DNA from: Prochlorococcus sp. AG-418-F08
GTDB taxonomy: Bacteria > Cyanobacteriota > Cyanobacteriia > PCC-6307 > Cyanobiaceae
Reading direction: 5' to 3'
Assembly: GCA_003214295.1 (NCBI GenBank)
Contig: QCLV01000005.1
Span: 3,312-67,311 of the forward strand
DNA length: 64,000 bases
The translations under genes and the position numbers were made by a program. Positions 28,672 through 38,464 of this stretch are shown here, in pieces. The notes beneath the pieces are model-generated. The model saw nothing but the letters and a program-made list of their open reading frames with translations. It was not told where the DNA came from and made no database searches. Every line of letters starts with the position of its first letter. Position 1 is the first letter of the stretch.

Positions 28672-29214
28672 ATGGAATCTGAAGATGATTTATTAAATTT
28701 ACTTCTTAAATCTCCAAATTCTAAAAGTATACAGACTATTGCCGAACAACTTGAAATTGATCATAATTTTTTCTTTAGCAAAGATAGAAATGATTTACAG
28801 GGTGTTTGGGAGCTTAGGTGGAGTAGTTCTAATAGTCCCTTTTTAAAATATTCTCCTTTTATTGATAATCTTCAAATTCTTGATCCCTTAAATTTAACTG
28901 GTCTTAATTTACTTAAACCTAGAGGAATAAAATCAATTATTGGTACTGGTATTTTAATAAGACTTAGTTACATAAATGAAAAAAAAATTGGGGTCAAATT
29001 TACATATGCTGGTGTTATTGGTCCTAAATTCGGAAGAAAAAATATAAAGGCTATGAAAGAAATAAATAATGAACAATTAGGGTGGTTAGAGATAACTTAT
29101 TTAAGTAATAAGCTTAGAATCTGCAGAGGTGATAAAGGAACTTTATTTATTTTAAGAAAAATAAATTCACCGACTTTATTCAAGAATTTTAAGGAATTTA
29201 TTAAAATCTATTGA
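28672..29214 (+). CDS. PAP/fibrillin family protein
   Basis: LQGVWELRWS, GWLEITYLS..LRICRGDKGTLFIL. Confidence 0.85.
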   Translation: MESEDDLLNLLLKSPNSKSIQTIAEQLEIDHNFFFSKDRNDLQGVWELRWSSSNSPFLKYSPFIDNLQILDPLNLTGLNLLKPRGIKSIIGTGILIRLSYINEKKIGVKFTYAGVIGPKFGRKNIKAMKEINNEQLGWLEITYLSNKLRICRGDKGTLFILRKINSPTLFKNFKEFIKIY

Positions 29215-29223
29215 AAATATAAA

Positions 29224-29517
29224 TTAATTCTTTATCCAAATAGACTTTAATACGAAATAAATTGGTAAATATTTAAAAGATTCTTTAGGTATTTCATAAC
29301 TTAAGAATTTTAATGCTTCTTCTAACCAGTAACCAATATCAAATCCTAAAAGAATTTTTTCTACAACAAACCAAAATTCTCTATCAAATATAATTCTGAA
29401 GTTTAAGTAAATATATTCCCAATGAAAGGTATTCCAATATTGGGTTAAAAATGAGGATAAAATAAGCCAAAGTGATATAAATATAAAACTTTTAAGAAAT
29501 TTATAAAATTTTTTCAT
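29224..29517 (-). CDS. hypothetical membrane protein
   Basis: 97-aa aromatic-rich ORF. Confidence 0.5.
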   Translation of the reverse strand: MKKFYKFLKSFIFISLWLILSSFLTQYWNTFHWEYIYLNFRIIFDREFWFVVEKILLGFDIGYWLEEALKFLSYEIPKESFKYLPIYFVLKSIWIKN

Positions 29518-29891
29518 ATACCAGCAACAGTCTTATTTAATTTCAAATATCCTTTATTATTATTAGGATCAAATTTTATTTCCATGAAATATATCCAAAA
29601 AGATATAAAAATTTTGAGAAAATCGTAAATTTTCGTGGAATTAATAATCTATTTTTCTTTTTTTAGATTCTGTGCCTTTAGATTTTTTTTCTTAAGAAAA
29701 AATCCTAAAAACAGAAAAGCAAAATATATTAGTAAACTTACAGCAAAAATTAAAACTATCTTAGAAATATCCATAAAAGATTTTTAACATAAATTACAGC
29801 ATTTTTTGCAAAGTTTTATCTATGGTAATGATTTTTCATTAATCACGATAACGGGCTTCAATTATTAAGCTAATAATATTATTTAAATCAT

Positions 29892-30296
29892 ATGCAAGTA
29901 GCTTTTGCCTGGAGCCTTTGTCTATCAGTTGGTGTTGTTTTATTATCAATTATTCCATTAACTATTGGGCGAGTTAAAGCGGGATATTCCGTTGAAAATA
30001 TGTCTGCTCCAAGGGCTTTATTCGATGAATTACCTTCTTTTGGAAAAAGAGCAGTTTGGTGTCATCAAAATTGTTGGGAAAGTATATCCCTACATGCACC
30101 CGCATGTCTTCTTTGTTTGATTACTTTAACTGACTCTAATATTGCAATAATTGCGGCATTGATTCATCCTATTTTTCGTTTTTTATACATTGGTGCATAT
30201 GTATTTAATATCCCATCTGCTAGAGGTTTAATGTGGGCTTCAGGAATTTTTACAACACTTTTGCTTTACAAAGAAGGCTTAACACAATTGATATAA
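29892..30296 (+). CDS. MAPEG family protein
   Basis: APR....LP..GKRA.W.HQNCWE, R.LYI.AY, R.L.W. Confidence 0.85.
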   Translation: MQVAFAWSLCLSVGVVLLSIIPLTIGRVKAGYSVENMSAPRALFDELPSFGKRAVWCHQNCWESISLHAPACLLCLITLTDSNIAIIAALIHPIFRFLYIGAYVFNIPSARGLMWASGIFTTLLLYKEGLTQLI

Positions 30297-30301
30297 GCTA
30301 T

Positions 30302-31171
30302 TTAAACAATAAACTTTTCTAAATCTTTTAATTGATATTCATTGATTAGTTCTACTTTATTTGATTTTGCTAGTTGATGAGCAGACTTTGTAAAGCCAGA
30401 TTTTGAGACTATTATTGCATGTGTACCTTTCCAAAATAATTTACCAGCTGAAATCTCCTGAACTGCTTTATTCCCAATGGCTTTTTCATGATCTTTGCAT
30501 TGAATACATATTCTCAAATCATTTATTGATGCAATTAAGTCAACCCCTTGATCTCCTGTATTAGGAGTTTCTTTTACTTCCCAGCCATTTTGTTTGAGGA
30601 TTTCCATACAATGATTTTCAAATCTAATTCCTTTTTTGTAGTTTTCCTTGTTTTTACTTGAGTAGTTTTTTTCTACTAATTTTAAGCATGATTTCTCTAT
30701 TTGACTTGCTATAAATACGAACCAATCTTCAGTCTCTAGCTTTCTAATAGATCCAATTATCTCATCATCAATAGTAGGATTTTCATTACAATATGATCTC
30801 CACTTTTCGAAAAATAATTCCATACTGCCAAATTTTTTTAAAATTACTTTTTCCCAGAAGTATGGTATACCCTCTTTAAATCGCCTGGATCCATTTAATA
30901 TATTTTTCTCAATAGCTTTTTCATCAAGAGGTGGATTGCCAATCCATTTTTTATAATCCTCGTTACCGTAGGCATCTATTTCCCTTAATCTGATCCTCTC
31001 CTCTAACAAGTTGTATTTGTTTTCTTCTATCAAATTATTAATTGTTTGAATAAAGAAATTGGAATTTAAGGCATTATTTAATTTAAACTTTTTCTTTTTA
31101 ATTTGATAATCACTTGCAATTATAAAAATTAAAAAAATGATAAAAATAATTAAAATAAAAAAAATTTTCAT
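30302..31171 (-). CDS. Mrr-type restriction endonuclease with N-terminal TM helix
   Basis: G..FE..C...L...GW, T..TGDQGVDL, IQCK, AVQE, GFT.SA..LA (Mrr_cat). Confidence 0.82.
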   Translation of the reverse strand: MKIFFILIIFIIFLIFIIASDYQIKKKKFKLNNALNSNFFIQTINNLIEENKYNLLEERIRLREIDAYGNEDYKKWIGNPPLDEKAIEKNILNGSRRFKEGIPYFWEKVILKKFGSMELFFEKWRSYCNENPTIDDEIIGSIRKLETEDWFVFIASQIEKSCLKLVEKNYSSKNKENYKKGIRFENHCMEILKQNGWEVKETPNTGDQGVDLIASINDLRICIQCKDHEKAIGNKAVQEISAGKLFWKGTHAIIVSKSGFTKSAHQLAKSNKVELINEYQLKDLEKFIV

Positions 31172-31190
31172 CTACAATTTTATTTTTGAT

Positions 31191-31442
31191 CTAAAAAGTT
31201 TTTGTTTTTCTAATAACAAAATTATTTTTTGTTATTACTGAAGATTCATTTACTTCAAACCCATTAATTGCTGATATTTCTCCTTTTATGCCTTCTAATG
31301 TTAATTGCTCGATAATCCCCTTTATTACTTCATCCTCGACCAATTTTCTATCAATTCTTTCAGGTGTAATATCTGTAAGCCATTTTGAGGTCTTTTTTTT
31401 TACAACCTCTGTAGGGTTAGTTATTTTTAAGTAGATAGCCAT
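31191..31442 (-). CDS. hypothetical protein
   Basis: 83-aa ORF in a minus-strand run. Confidence 0.6.
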   Translation of the reverse strand: MAIYLKITNPTEVVKKKTSKWLTDITPERIDRKLVEDEVIKGIIEQLTLEGIKGEISAINGFEVNESSVITKNNFVIRKTKTF

Positions 31443-31482
31443 TTTTTAAGTCAATCACTTGAATTATAAGCATTAAATCTTA

Positions 31483-31680
31483 TTAATTTTTATTATTGTC
31501 ATTACTTTCCCACTCAAGAAATTGAAAAACAATAATTGCAAAGATAGAGAAAAATACTATGAACAACCCTAACCATCCTATAAATTTGTGCTCTGTAAAA
31601 AGATTTGTAAGCATTGATTTTTCTTGATATCTTGATTCCATTTCATATTGATAAGAATCAATAACTTGAAATATATTCAT
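31483..31680 (-). CDS. small membrane hypothetical protein
   Basis: 65 aa, one TM segment. Confidence 0.6.
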   Translation of the reverse strand: MNIFQVIDSYQYEMESRYQEKSMLTNLFTEHKFIGWLGLFIVFFSIFAIIVFQFLEWESNDNNKN

Positions 31681-31698
31681 AATTAATAATTTAATAAA

Positions 31699-32142
31699 TC
31701 ATTCAATTGGCGGATAATAATTTCTACCGTTTAACTTACTAAAGCCTTCCGACAGGAAATCTGGCCTTTTTCTTATTATAGAAAAATTCAGTTTATTTAT
31801 TAAGACTAAATTGACTTCAGCAATCGTTAAGATTTCATTTTTCTTGTTAAGAAATTTTGAAATTACATTAATCCTAGGACTTTTATCAATGTTGAATTCG
31901 CTCTCGATTATTATTTTTTCACCAAGGAATAAAGGAGATTTATATTTTATTGAAGTATTGATTAAAGGTAAATCTAAGCCATTTTTAGTTAGTTCGAAAT
32001 AACTTATACCTACTTCTGAAAGTGCATTTATTCGGCTTTCTTCAAGCCAATTAAAATAATTACCGTGCCACATTACACCTGCATGATCTGCATGTTGAGG
32101 TAAAACAATTTTTTCTATTTTCCAAACTGGTTTTGATTTCAT
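31699..32142 (-). CDS. acyl-CoA thioesterase (YbgC/4HBT hotdog fold)
   Basis: V.PQHADHAGVMWHGNYFNWLEESR, I.YKSPL..G. Confidence 0.85.
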   Translation of the reverse strand: MKSKPVWKIEKIVLPQHADHAGVMWHGNYFNWLEESRINALSEVGISYFELTKNGLDLPLINTSIKYKSPLFLGEKIIIESEFNIDKSPRINVISKFLNKKNEILTIAEVNLVLINKLNFSIIRKRPDFLSEGFSKLNGRNYYPPIE

Positions 32143-32248
32143 CTTTTATTTAAAAAATATTTTTATTCAATGAAAAAAACTTATTTTGATATTGTAGATG
32201 AATTTTCTTTATTAACATAAGAATCATCAAGACTATATTTATAAAGTT

Positions 32249-32485
32249 ATGTTTAATCGTAAAAATAGAAGTAGAAAAATGAAGAAGATTTTTCAATGGG
32301 AAGAATATTTAAATTGGAAAAATATGTCAAAGGAACAAAAATTAAATTTCAAGAGGGCTTGCTTATTCCCCTTTCTCGTATATATAGTTTATGTTTTTCT
32401 TAATCAGTACTCCTTGGCAATTCTTTTGTTACTAGGTATTTATTTTTTAATTAGATTTAAAAATAGAAATAAGTTGGGAAGATGA
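32249..32485 (+). CDS. hypothetical membrane protein
   Basis: 78 aa with C-terminal TM pair. Confidence 0.5.
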   Translation: MFNRKNRSRKMKKIFQWEEYLNWKNMSKEQKLNFKRACLFPFLVYIVYVFLNQYSLAILLLLGIYFLIRFKNRNKLGR

Positions 32486-32581
32486 ATATTTTTTTGATTT
32501 ATTTAGATTTGTTTTAAAGTTATCTAGTTTTTCTAAATAACCTTATTGGCATATGACAATAGTATTAGATAAATATTTTTT

Positions 32582-32818
32582 ATGAAAAGAATTATTTTGT
32601 TTTTATGTGTATTAGTTTTTTCAATATTTTCTAATACGAATAATTTATTAGCAAAAGAAATTGAAAATAACATTAAAGAGAATATTTCTAATGAAATTGA
32701 AGAAATTAAGCCTGATAATAAAAAAAATAATATTTCTAATTCTTCAGCAGAAGATATTTTTGGAGATGAACAAACTTTTCCATTTGTAGCAGGTTTAGGG
32801 AAAAATGCTGCCCATTGA
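32582..32818 (+). CDS. hypothetical secreted protein
   Basis: Signal peptide, conserved-looking tail DIFGDEQTFPFVAGLGKNAAH. Confidence 0.65.
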   Translation: MKRIILFLCVLVFSIFSNTNNLLAKEIENNIKENISNEIEEIKPDNKKNNISNSSAEDIFGDEQTFPFVAGLGKNAAH

Positions 32819-32862
32819 TTTCAAGGTTCTTGATAATTTAGAACAAGATTTTTTTAATTCTA

Positions 32863-33027
32863 ATGAAAGGTCTTAGGGTCCTAGAGCTTTCTGAAGCACT
32901 TGATATTGATAGCTCCGACTTATTAGCTGTTTGTGCAATTCTAAAAATAAATGCCACATCTAGATTAAGCATGCTTTCATTTGAAGAATGTAAAAAGATA
33001 ACTGATTACTATGAAAATAAAAATTAG
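32863..33027 (+). CDS. stand-alone IF-2 N-terminal-domain-like protein (54 aa)
   Basis: MKGLRVLELSEALDIDSSDLLAVCAILKINATSRLSMLSFEECKKI fits IF2_N pattern; not in ORF track. Confidence 0.7.
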   Translation: MKGLRVLELSEALDIDSSDLLAVCAILKINATSRLSMLSFEECKKITDYYENKN

Positions 33028-33047
33028 AAATTTTTTTATAAATTATT

Positions 33048-33305
33048 TTATTTTTTAATGTCTTTAATCATTGATACTAAGGTTGAATGAATTTCTTCTT
33101 CAGATATTTCATTTTTAAAATTGATAATTGCTGATTGGCCATCGTAATTGATTTTTATATAACTATTATTAATTTCTTCCATATAAGCATTCTCAAATCT
33201 TGATATCTTCCCATAATGAATAAGATATTTGTGCACTGAATCTATGTGATCATTATTCATGTGATCACAAACTCGTTTACTTGTTTCTTTACTAATAATT
33301 TTCAT
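33048..33305 (-). CDS. DUF2470 domain protein
   Basis: RVCDHMNNDH.D motif. Confidence 0.8.
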   Translation of the reverse strand: MKIISKETSKRVCDHMNNDHIDSVHKYLIHYGKISRFENAYMEEINNSYIKINYDGQSAIINFKNEISEEEIHSTLVSMIKDIKK

Positions 33306-33323
33306 TTAAAAAATAAATTTGTT

Positions 33324-34331
33324 TTAAGCTAATCTATTTTTTTCATTATTCAAAGTTTTAATCATTTTAATTATTAAATTTTTAACTTCATTTTTATCAA
33401 CAGCTCTAACCAAGTTGTTTCTCAAATTTGATGCTCCTTTAAAGTCTTTGCATGTCCATGAGATATGTTTCCTTGCAATTAGCAATCCGTGATCTCCTTT
33501 TTCTTTTATTAATTCATCAAGATGCTCAATAATTAAATATAGTTTTTCTTCTGTGTTTGGTTCTTTAAAATTTTTATTTTCTCTGAGGGCATAATCTATT
33601 TCTCCTATTTTCCATGGGGATCCTAAAATTCCTCGTCCAATCATTACACCATCAGCTTTTGTTTTTTTTAAACAATTAAGAGCGTCATCTGGATTTTTGA
33701 TATCTCCATTAGCAATTACTGGAATTTCCAACAACTTTTTAAGTCTCCCGATCATTTCCCAATCTGACTTGCCTGAAAAACCCTGTTTTCTAGTTCTTCC
33801 ATGAAGTGTGATCATAGTTGCTCCCGCATCTTGAAGTTTAAATAAGAAATCCTCTATATTTTCTTCTTTACTTTCCCATCCGAGTCGTGTTTTTACTGTT
33901 ACTGGAACCCTAACAGCTTTTACAACATTTTTGACTAATTCTATAGCAAGTTTTCGGTCTTTAATTAAGGCACTGCCTCCACCTTTCTTTGCAATTTTTT
34001 TTACTGGACATCCCATATTTATATCAATTAAGAAAGCTCCAGAGTCCTCAGCTTGTTTCGCGGCTTCAGAAACAGCATATGGCCTATTATCAAATATTTG
34101 TACTCCAACTGGACCTTCTTCTAAATCTATTTGATTGATTTTTTGTGTTCCAAATCCTTTTTTAAGACTTGTGGCATTTATCATTTCTGTAAAAAGTAAA
34201 GAGTTTGGAGCCCATTTACGTACAAGTCCCCTAAAAATGTTATCTGTAACTCCTGCTAATGGCGATAGCATTACCTTACTAGTAATTATCCTGTTAACTC
34301 CCCTTCCTTTTAGCTTTATATTTGAAGACAT
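33324..34331 (-). CDS. dusB: tRNA-dihydrouridine synthase B
   Basis: LSPLAGVTD, DINMGCP, VTVKTRLG, HGRT, ANGDI, GVMIGRG. Confidence 0.9.
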   Translation of the reverse strand: MSSNIKLKGRGVNRIITSKVMLSPLAGVTDNIFRGLVRKWAPNSLLFTEMINATSLKKGFGTQKINQIDLEEGPVGVQIFDNRPYAVSEAAKQAEDSGAFLIDINMGCPVKKIAKKGGGSALIKDRKLAIELVKNVVKAVRVPVTVKTRLGWESKEENIEDFLFKLQDAGATMITLHGRTRKQGFSGKSDWEMIGRLKKLLEIPVIANGDIKNPDDALNCLKKTKADGVMIGRGILGSPWKIGEIDYALRENKNFKEPNTEEKLYLIIEHLDELIKEKGDHGLLIARKHISWTCKDFKGASNLRNNLVRAVDKNEVKNLIIKMIKTLNNEKNRLA

Positions 34332-34458
34332 ATAATTTTAAATTTATTTAATCTTTCTTTATTATAAATTCAGAAAATAAGTTGTTTTTATGCTTTCTAT
34401 TTATTTCTTAATTTATAATAAGTGCTTTTACTTAAATAAGCCTAATTGATTAATTTTT

Positions 34459-34893
34459 TTGCTAGTTTATGTTGAGTCAAAGTTTAAAAAAGGAATTTTT
34501 TTGTTTATATTAGTATCTATTTTTCTCCCAATAATTATTTTTATTGCACCAATAAATGTAAAAGCTATTCAAGGTAATTTAGATCTATCGAGTGCTCAAA
34601 CTTCTGTAGGTAAAAGATTTGCTAAAGTTTTTTGTGATGCTAAGAGGGAAGGATTAGAGTCTGATTTTGCTAGTGAATATGCTTTGAATAATACATACTT
34701 AAAATTTGTAGCATTTCCAGATGATGACGAATATTTGGATAATTTATGGAATTTCACTCATAATAATATTTTAGATAATTGTGGTGAATTCGTAGATATA
34801 AAAGATCTAAAAGACCTTGAGATTTTTTTTAAAGAAGAAAGTTTAATTGCATCAAATAGGGAACTCTATTTACCAACTTTTGAGAATAATTAG
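34459..34893 (+). CDS. hypothetical secreted two-Cys protein
   Basis: Signal-like segment; FAKVFC...G and DNCG. Confidence 0.6.
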   Translation: MLVYVESKFKKGIFLFILVSIFLPIIIFIAPINVKAIQGNLDLSSAQTSVGKRFAKVFCDAKREGLESDFASEYALNNTYLKFVAFPDDDEYLDNLWNFTHNNILDNCGEFVDIKDLKDLEIFFKEESLIASNRELYLPTFENN

Positions 34894-34940
34894 ATTAAAT
34901 TTTTAGCATGTACTAAAATATAAATAGAATATGAAATTTT

Positions 34941-35405
34941 ATGAAACTAATAGGTTTAAATTCACCTGAAATATTCATAATTTTAGTAATTTTGCTTTTA
35001 ATTTTAGGTCCAAAAAGAATTGAAAAAGGTTTCTTATTATTTAAAAAACTATTAAAATTCCTTTTAAGTAAAGATGAAGATCAAAGCTTAGCAAATTCAG
35101 AAGTAAAATCAGAGGAAGCAGAAGAAAGTGAAATTAAAGAAGAAACAGTAGAGGGAGAAGTAAAATCAGAGGAAGCAGAAGAAAGTGATGTTAAAGAAGA
35201 AATAGTAGAGGCAGAAGTAAAATCAGAGGAAGCAGAAGTAAGTGAAGTTAAAGAAGAAATAGTAGAGGCAGAAGTAAAATCAGAGGAAGCAGAAAAAAGT
35301 GAAGTTAAGGAAGAAACAATAGAGCCAGAGGTAAAATCAATTAAACCTAAAAAAAGAACTGTTAAAGATGAAACAATAGACGTAGAAGTTGATTCTGATA
35401 ATTAA
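34941..35405 (+). CDS. TatA/TatB-like membrane anchor fused to Glu-rich repeats
   Basis: IGLNSPEIFIILVILLLILGPKRI N-terminus plus acidic repeat tail. Confidence 0.6.
   Translation: MKLIGLNSPEIFIILVILLLILGPKRIEKGFLLFKKLLKFLLSKDEDQSLANSEVKSEEAEESEIKEETVEGEVKSEEAEESDVKEEIVEAEVKSEEAEVSEVKEEIVEAEVKSEEAEKSEVKEETIEPEVKSIKPKKRTVKDETIDVEVDSDN
35100..35340 (+). repeat. 57-bp in-frame tandem repeat (about 4.2 copies)
   Basis: AAGTAAAATCAGAGGAAGCAGAA at 35101, 35158, 35215, 35272; unit EVKSEEAEESEVKEEIVEA. Confidence 0.9.
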
Positions 35406-35539
35406 TATGATTTTAAATTAAATATTACTAGACAGGCTTGATAACTAAAATAGGATATTTCTAATAATAATTTGTTTATTTTTTTTTAATATAAAGTGTC
35501 TTTATTTTTAATATTCAAATTTGAATTATAAGAAGGTTT

Positions 35540-36019
35540 TTATGAATCTAAAGCTACTTCGATAGCTGCTATTAAGTTTTCGTCAAACGGTTTAACACCT
35601 GGCTTGAATCTTGCAATTACTTTACTATCTTTGCCTATCAGAAACTTCTCGAAATTCCATTCAACATCTCCTTCAGGTTCAACTTTGTTAAGGGTTGTGT
35701 ATGGTTCTGTGGTGTTGCCTTTGGCATGAACTTTTTCATAGATTTCAAACTTAACTCCGTATTTTGTTGTGCAAAAATCTTTTATTTCTGAAAGAGAGTC
35801 GGGTTCTTGCTTCCCGAAATCATTACAAGGGAATGCAAGTATTCTTAGGCCTTTGCTTGAATATAAATCATGTAGCTTTTGAAGATCCTCATACTGAGCA
35901 GTATTTCCGCAATAACTAGCTACATTAACAATTAAAATTACTTCCCCTGTATATTCACCTAATTTTATGGATGATCCGTCTGCTGAAAGAACAGTAGTAT
36001 TTTGTACGTCAACTTGCAT
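35540..36019 (-). CDS. glutathione peroxidase family protein (Cys type)
   Basis: VNVASYCGNT, LAFPCNDFGKQEP, WNFEKFL. Confidence 0.92.
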   Translation of the reverse strand: MQVDVQNTTVLSADGSSIKLGEYTGEVILIVNVASYCGNTAQYEDLQKLHDLYSSKGLRILAFPCNDFGKQEPDSLSEIKDFCTTKYGVKFEIYEKVHAKGNTTEPYTTLNKVEPEGDVEWNFEKFLIGKDSKVIARFKPGVKPFDENLIAAIEVALDS

Positions 36020-36143
36020 GTCTAAAAAAATTCACCCTTTGAAGATAGCATTGTATAGACTTTATTGTGTTTAATTTATATGGTGGTTTTGTTTATTTCT
36101 TTTATAAGTTTTAATTTTTAATTTATTTAACCCTTTATAATTA

Positions 36144-36407
36144 ATGTTATTAATCAGTTTAAATTTGGACCCTTTAGACCCACTTACTGAAATTATTAAT
36201 TCCGGTCAAGGTTTTTCACCCGCAATTGCTTTAGAAAGAATTATTTGGGCAATGATTGGAATCTTTTTTTTAGTAGCAATTTCAAGATCAATAACTAATA
36301 GCATGCAAAGTCAAAATTGGTTTGGCAGAAATTTTTTATTTAGTTATTTTAGAGATAAAAAAATTGCAGATGATACATCTTCACAACCTTCTGGTGATGA
36401 TGAATAA
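36144..36407 (+). CDS. hypothetical membrane protein
   Basis: 87 aa, one TM, 11 bp upstream of purT. Confidence 0.6.
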   Translation: MLLISLNLDPLDPLTEIINSGQGFSPAIALERIIWAMIGIFFLVAISRSITNSMQSQNWFGRNFLFSYFRDKKIADDTSSQPSGDDE

Positions 36408-36418
36408 GTTTTATATAT

Positions 36419-37594
36419 ATGAAAGAATCAATTTTTTCTAAAAAGAGAATTTTATTGCTTGGTAGTGGTGAGCTTGGAAAAGAATTAGTAATAGAATCCA
36501 AAAGATTAGGATTAGAAGTTATCGCAATTGATCGATATGAAAAAGCACCTGCAATGCAAATTGCTGATTATTCAAGAGTAATTGATATGGGAGATAAAAA
36601 TATTTTAAAAAATGTTATAAAAGAATTTAAGCCTGACTATGTTGTCCCAGAAATAGAGGCCCTTTCAATTGAAGCCCTAAAAGAACTTGAGGATGAAGGA
36701 TTCAATATTGTTCCCAACGCCAGAACTGTAGAAATTACAATGAATAGAGATAAAATTAGAGACTTAGCTTCTAAAGATTTAAAAATTAAAACTGCAAAGT
36801 TTGATTATATTTTTGAATTTGAAAATTTAGAAAAAAAAGCAGATGAAATTGGATTCCCACTTTTACTTAAGCCTTTAATGAGCTCTTCAGGAAAAGGGCA
36901 GAGTTTTGTTGAAACAAAAAATGATTTACAAAATGCTTGGAAACAGGCACAAGCAAATTCAAGAGGAAAGGTTAAAGGTGTAATTATTGAAGAATTTATT
37001 AATTTTGACTTTGAGTTTACTCTTCTAACTGTAAGAAAAGAAAATGGTGAAAATATTTTTTGTTTACCAATTGGACATCTTCAATCTAATGGAGACTATC
37101 AATGTAGTTGGCAACCTTTGGAGATTAAGGAGTCCTTAATTATTGAAGCTCAAAAAATGACGAGTAGAATATTAAACAACCTTAATGGAGCTGGATTATA
37201 CGGAGTAGAGTTTTTTATAAAAGGAAGTGAGGTTATATTTTCAGAATTATCTCCAAGACCACACGACACTGGTATGGTTACATTAATTAGTCAAAATATT
37301 AATGAATTTGAATTACATTTAAGGGCTTTTTTAAATTTACCAATACCACATATAGATCTAATAGAACCCTCTGCAACCAGAGTTATACTTTCTAATCAAG
37401 AGTATCTAAATCCTATTTATGAGGGTCTTAATGAAGCATTAGAATTTGAAAAGACTAAAGTGCTCATATTTGGTAAACCAGTTTCCAGAAAAGGAAGAAG
37501 AATGGGTGTTGTTCTCTCATCAAATTCTGACATTAATTTGGCTAGAAAAATTGCAGATGAAGCTGCTCGTAAAATAAAAGTCAGTACTAAATAA
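36419..37594 (+). CDS. purT: formate-dependent phosphoribosylglycinamide formyltransferase
   Basis: LLGSGELGKE, PEIEA, KPLMSSSGKGQS, SPRPHDTGMVT, RRMGV. Confidence 0.96.
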   Translation: MKESIFSKKRILLLGSGELGKELVIESKRLGLEVIAIDRYEKAPAMQIADYSRVIDMGDKNILKNVIKEFKPDYVVPEIEALSIEALKELEDEGFNIVPNARTVEITMNRDKIRDLASKDLKIKTAKFDYIFEFENLEKKADEIGFPLLLKPLMSSSGKGQSFVETKNDLQNAWKQAQANSRGKVKGVIIEEFINFDFEFTLLTVRKENGENIFCLPIGHLQSNGDYQCSWQPLEIKESLIIEAQKMTSRILNNLNGAGLYGVEFFIKGSEVIFSELSPRPHDTGMVTLISQNINEFELHLRAFLNLPIPHIDLIEPSATRVILSNQEYLNPIYEGLNEALEFEKTKVLIFGKPVSRKGRRMGVVLSSNSDINLARKIADEAARKIKVSTK

Positions 37595-37687
37595 ATATTA
37601 AATAAAAATAACGAAAAAAATACTTATTTCCTTTGTTTTTGTTCTATGCCTCTCTAGGTATTATTTAAGTATGTTCTTTATTTCAGA

Positions 37688-37888
37688 ATGATAGAAAATT
37701 ATAAAGGTTGGGATATAACTTTAAATTGGGATAATAAAGATTATCTCGAGAGCGATACTAATAAAAGTAACTTTTTTAATCAAAAGGAAAAATGGATTGG
37801 AGTTCACTTAAATGGTCAAAAAATCTATGGTTCTTCTCTAAAAGAAATTAGGCATATTATTGATTATCCTAGTTTGCATGCAAAGTAG
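37688..37888 (+). CDS. hypothetical protein
   Basis: 66-aa ORF, YKGW.I motif. Confidence 0.5.
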   Translation: MIENYKGWDITLNWDNKDYLESDTNKSNFFNQKEKWIGVHLNGQKIYGSSLKEIRHIIDYPSLHAK

Positions 37889-37901
37889 GTTAAAAGATTT
37901 T

Positions 37902-38087
37902 TTAATTATCCTGATTATTTTCATTATCTTCAATAAGTTCATTAGCAAGTTTTCTTAAATCTCCCTTAATAGAGACCCATGTAAAGGCGATTATAAAAAT
38001 TGAAGCAGATATTGCAACAGTGATTTTTTCGACAGGGGACATTCCAAGTGCGATAGCAAACATTTCAAACCAAATACTAATTTTCAT
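37902..38087 (-). CDS. small membrane hypothetical protein
   Basis: One TM segment; true start may be downstream (MFAIAL). Confidence 0.5.
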   Translation of the reverse strand: MKISIWFEMFAIALGMSPVEKITVAISASIFIIAFTWVSIKGDLRKLANELIEDNENNQDN

Positions 38088-38228
38088 TATATTGAATTTT
38101 TTTAAATAGTTAGAATCAATTTTTTCTTTTGCAATGATATTTAATTAATCAAAATATAATAAATAAAATTTAAATTACTTATTTTATTTATTGTTTCTGA
38201 TTTCAATTTTATTCAGTAAGATTAAATT

Positions 38229-38450
38229 ATGGAAAAAAAAAAGTGCCCCCAATGTAAAAATTTAATTTTAAAAACTTCCCCGACATGTTTATATTGTGGT
38301 AGACCTAATAAATTTATAACTAAGGAATACGTAAATAAAAAGTGGAATAAAGATAATAATAAAAATGTATTTGATTATATTTTTATTAATAAGTATATTG
38401 TATTTATTTTATTATTAATATTTACAATCGTTATTATTAAATTTAGTTAA
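38229..38450 (+). CDS. zinc-ribbon membrane protein
   Basis: KKCPQC...TCLYCG with C-terminal TM. Confidence 0.6.
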   Translation: MEKKKCPQCKNLILKTSPTCLYCGRPNKFITKEYVNKKWNKDNNKNVFDYIFINKYIVFILLLIFTIVIIKFS

Positions 38451-38464
38451 ATATAATCAAAAAA

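Noticed and set aside
35100-35340. 57-bp repeat array as possible CRISPR
   Set aside because: Contiguous in-frame tandem units without spacers
35540-36019. Selenocysteine recoding in glutathione peroxidase
   Set aside because: Active-site codon is TGC (Cys); no in-frame TGA
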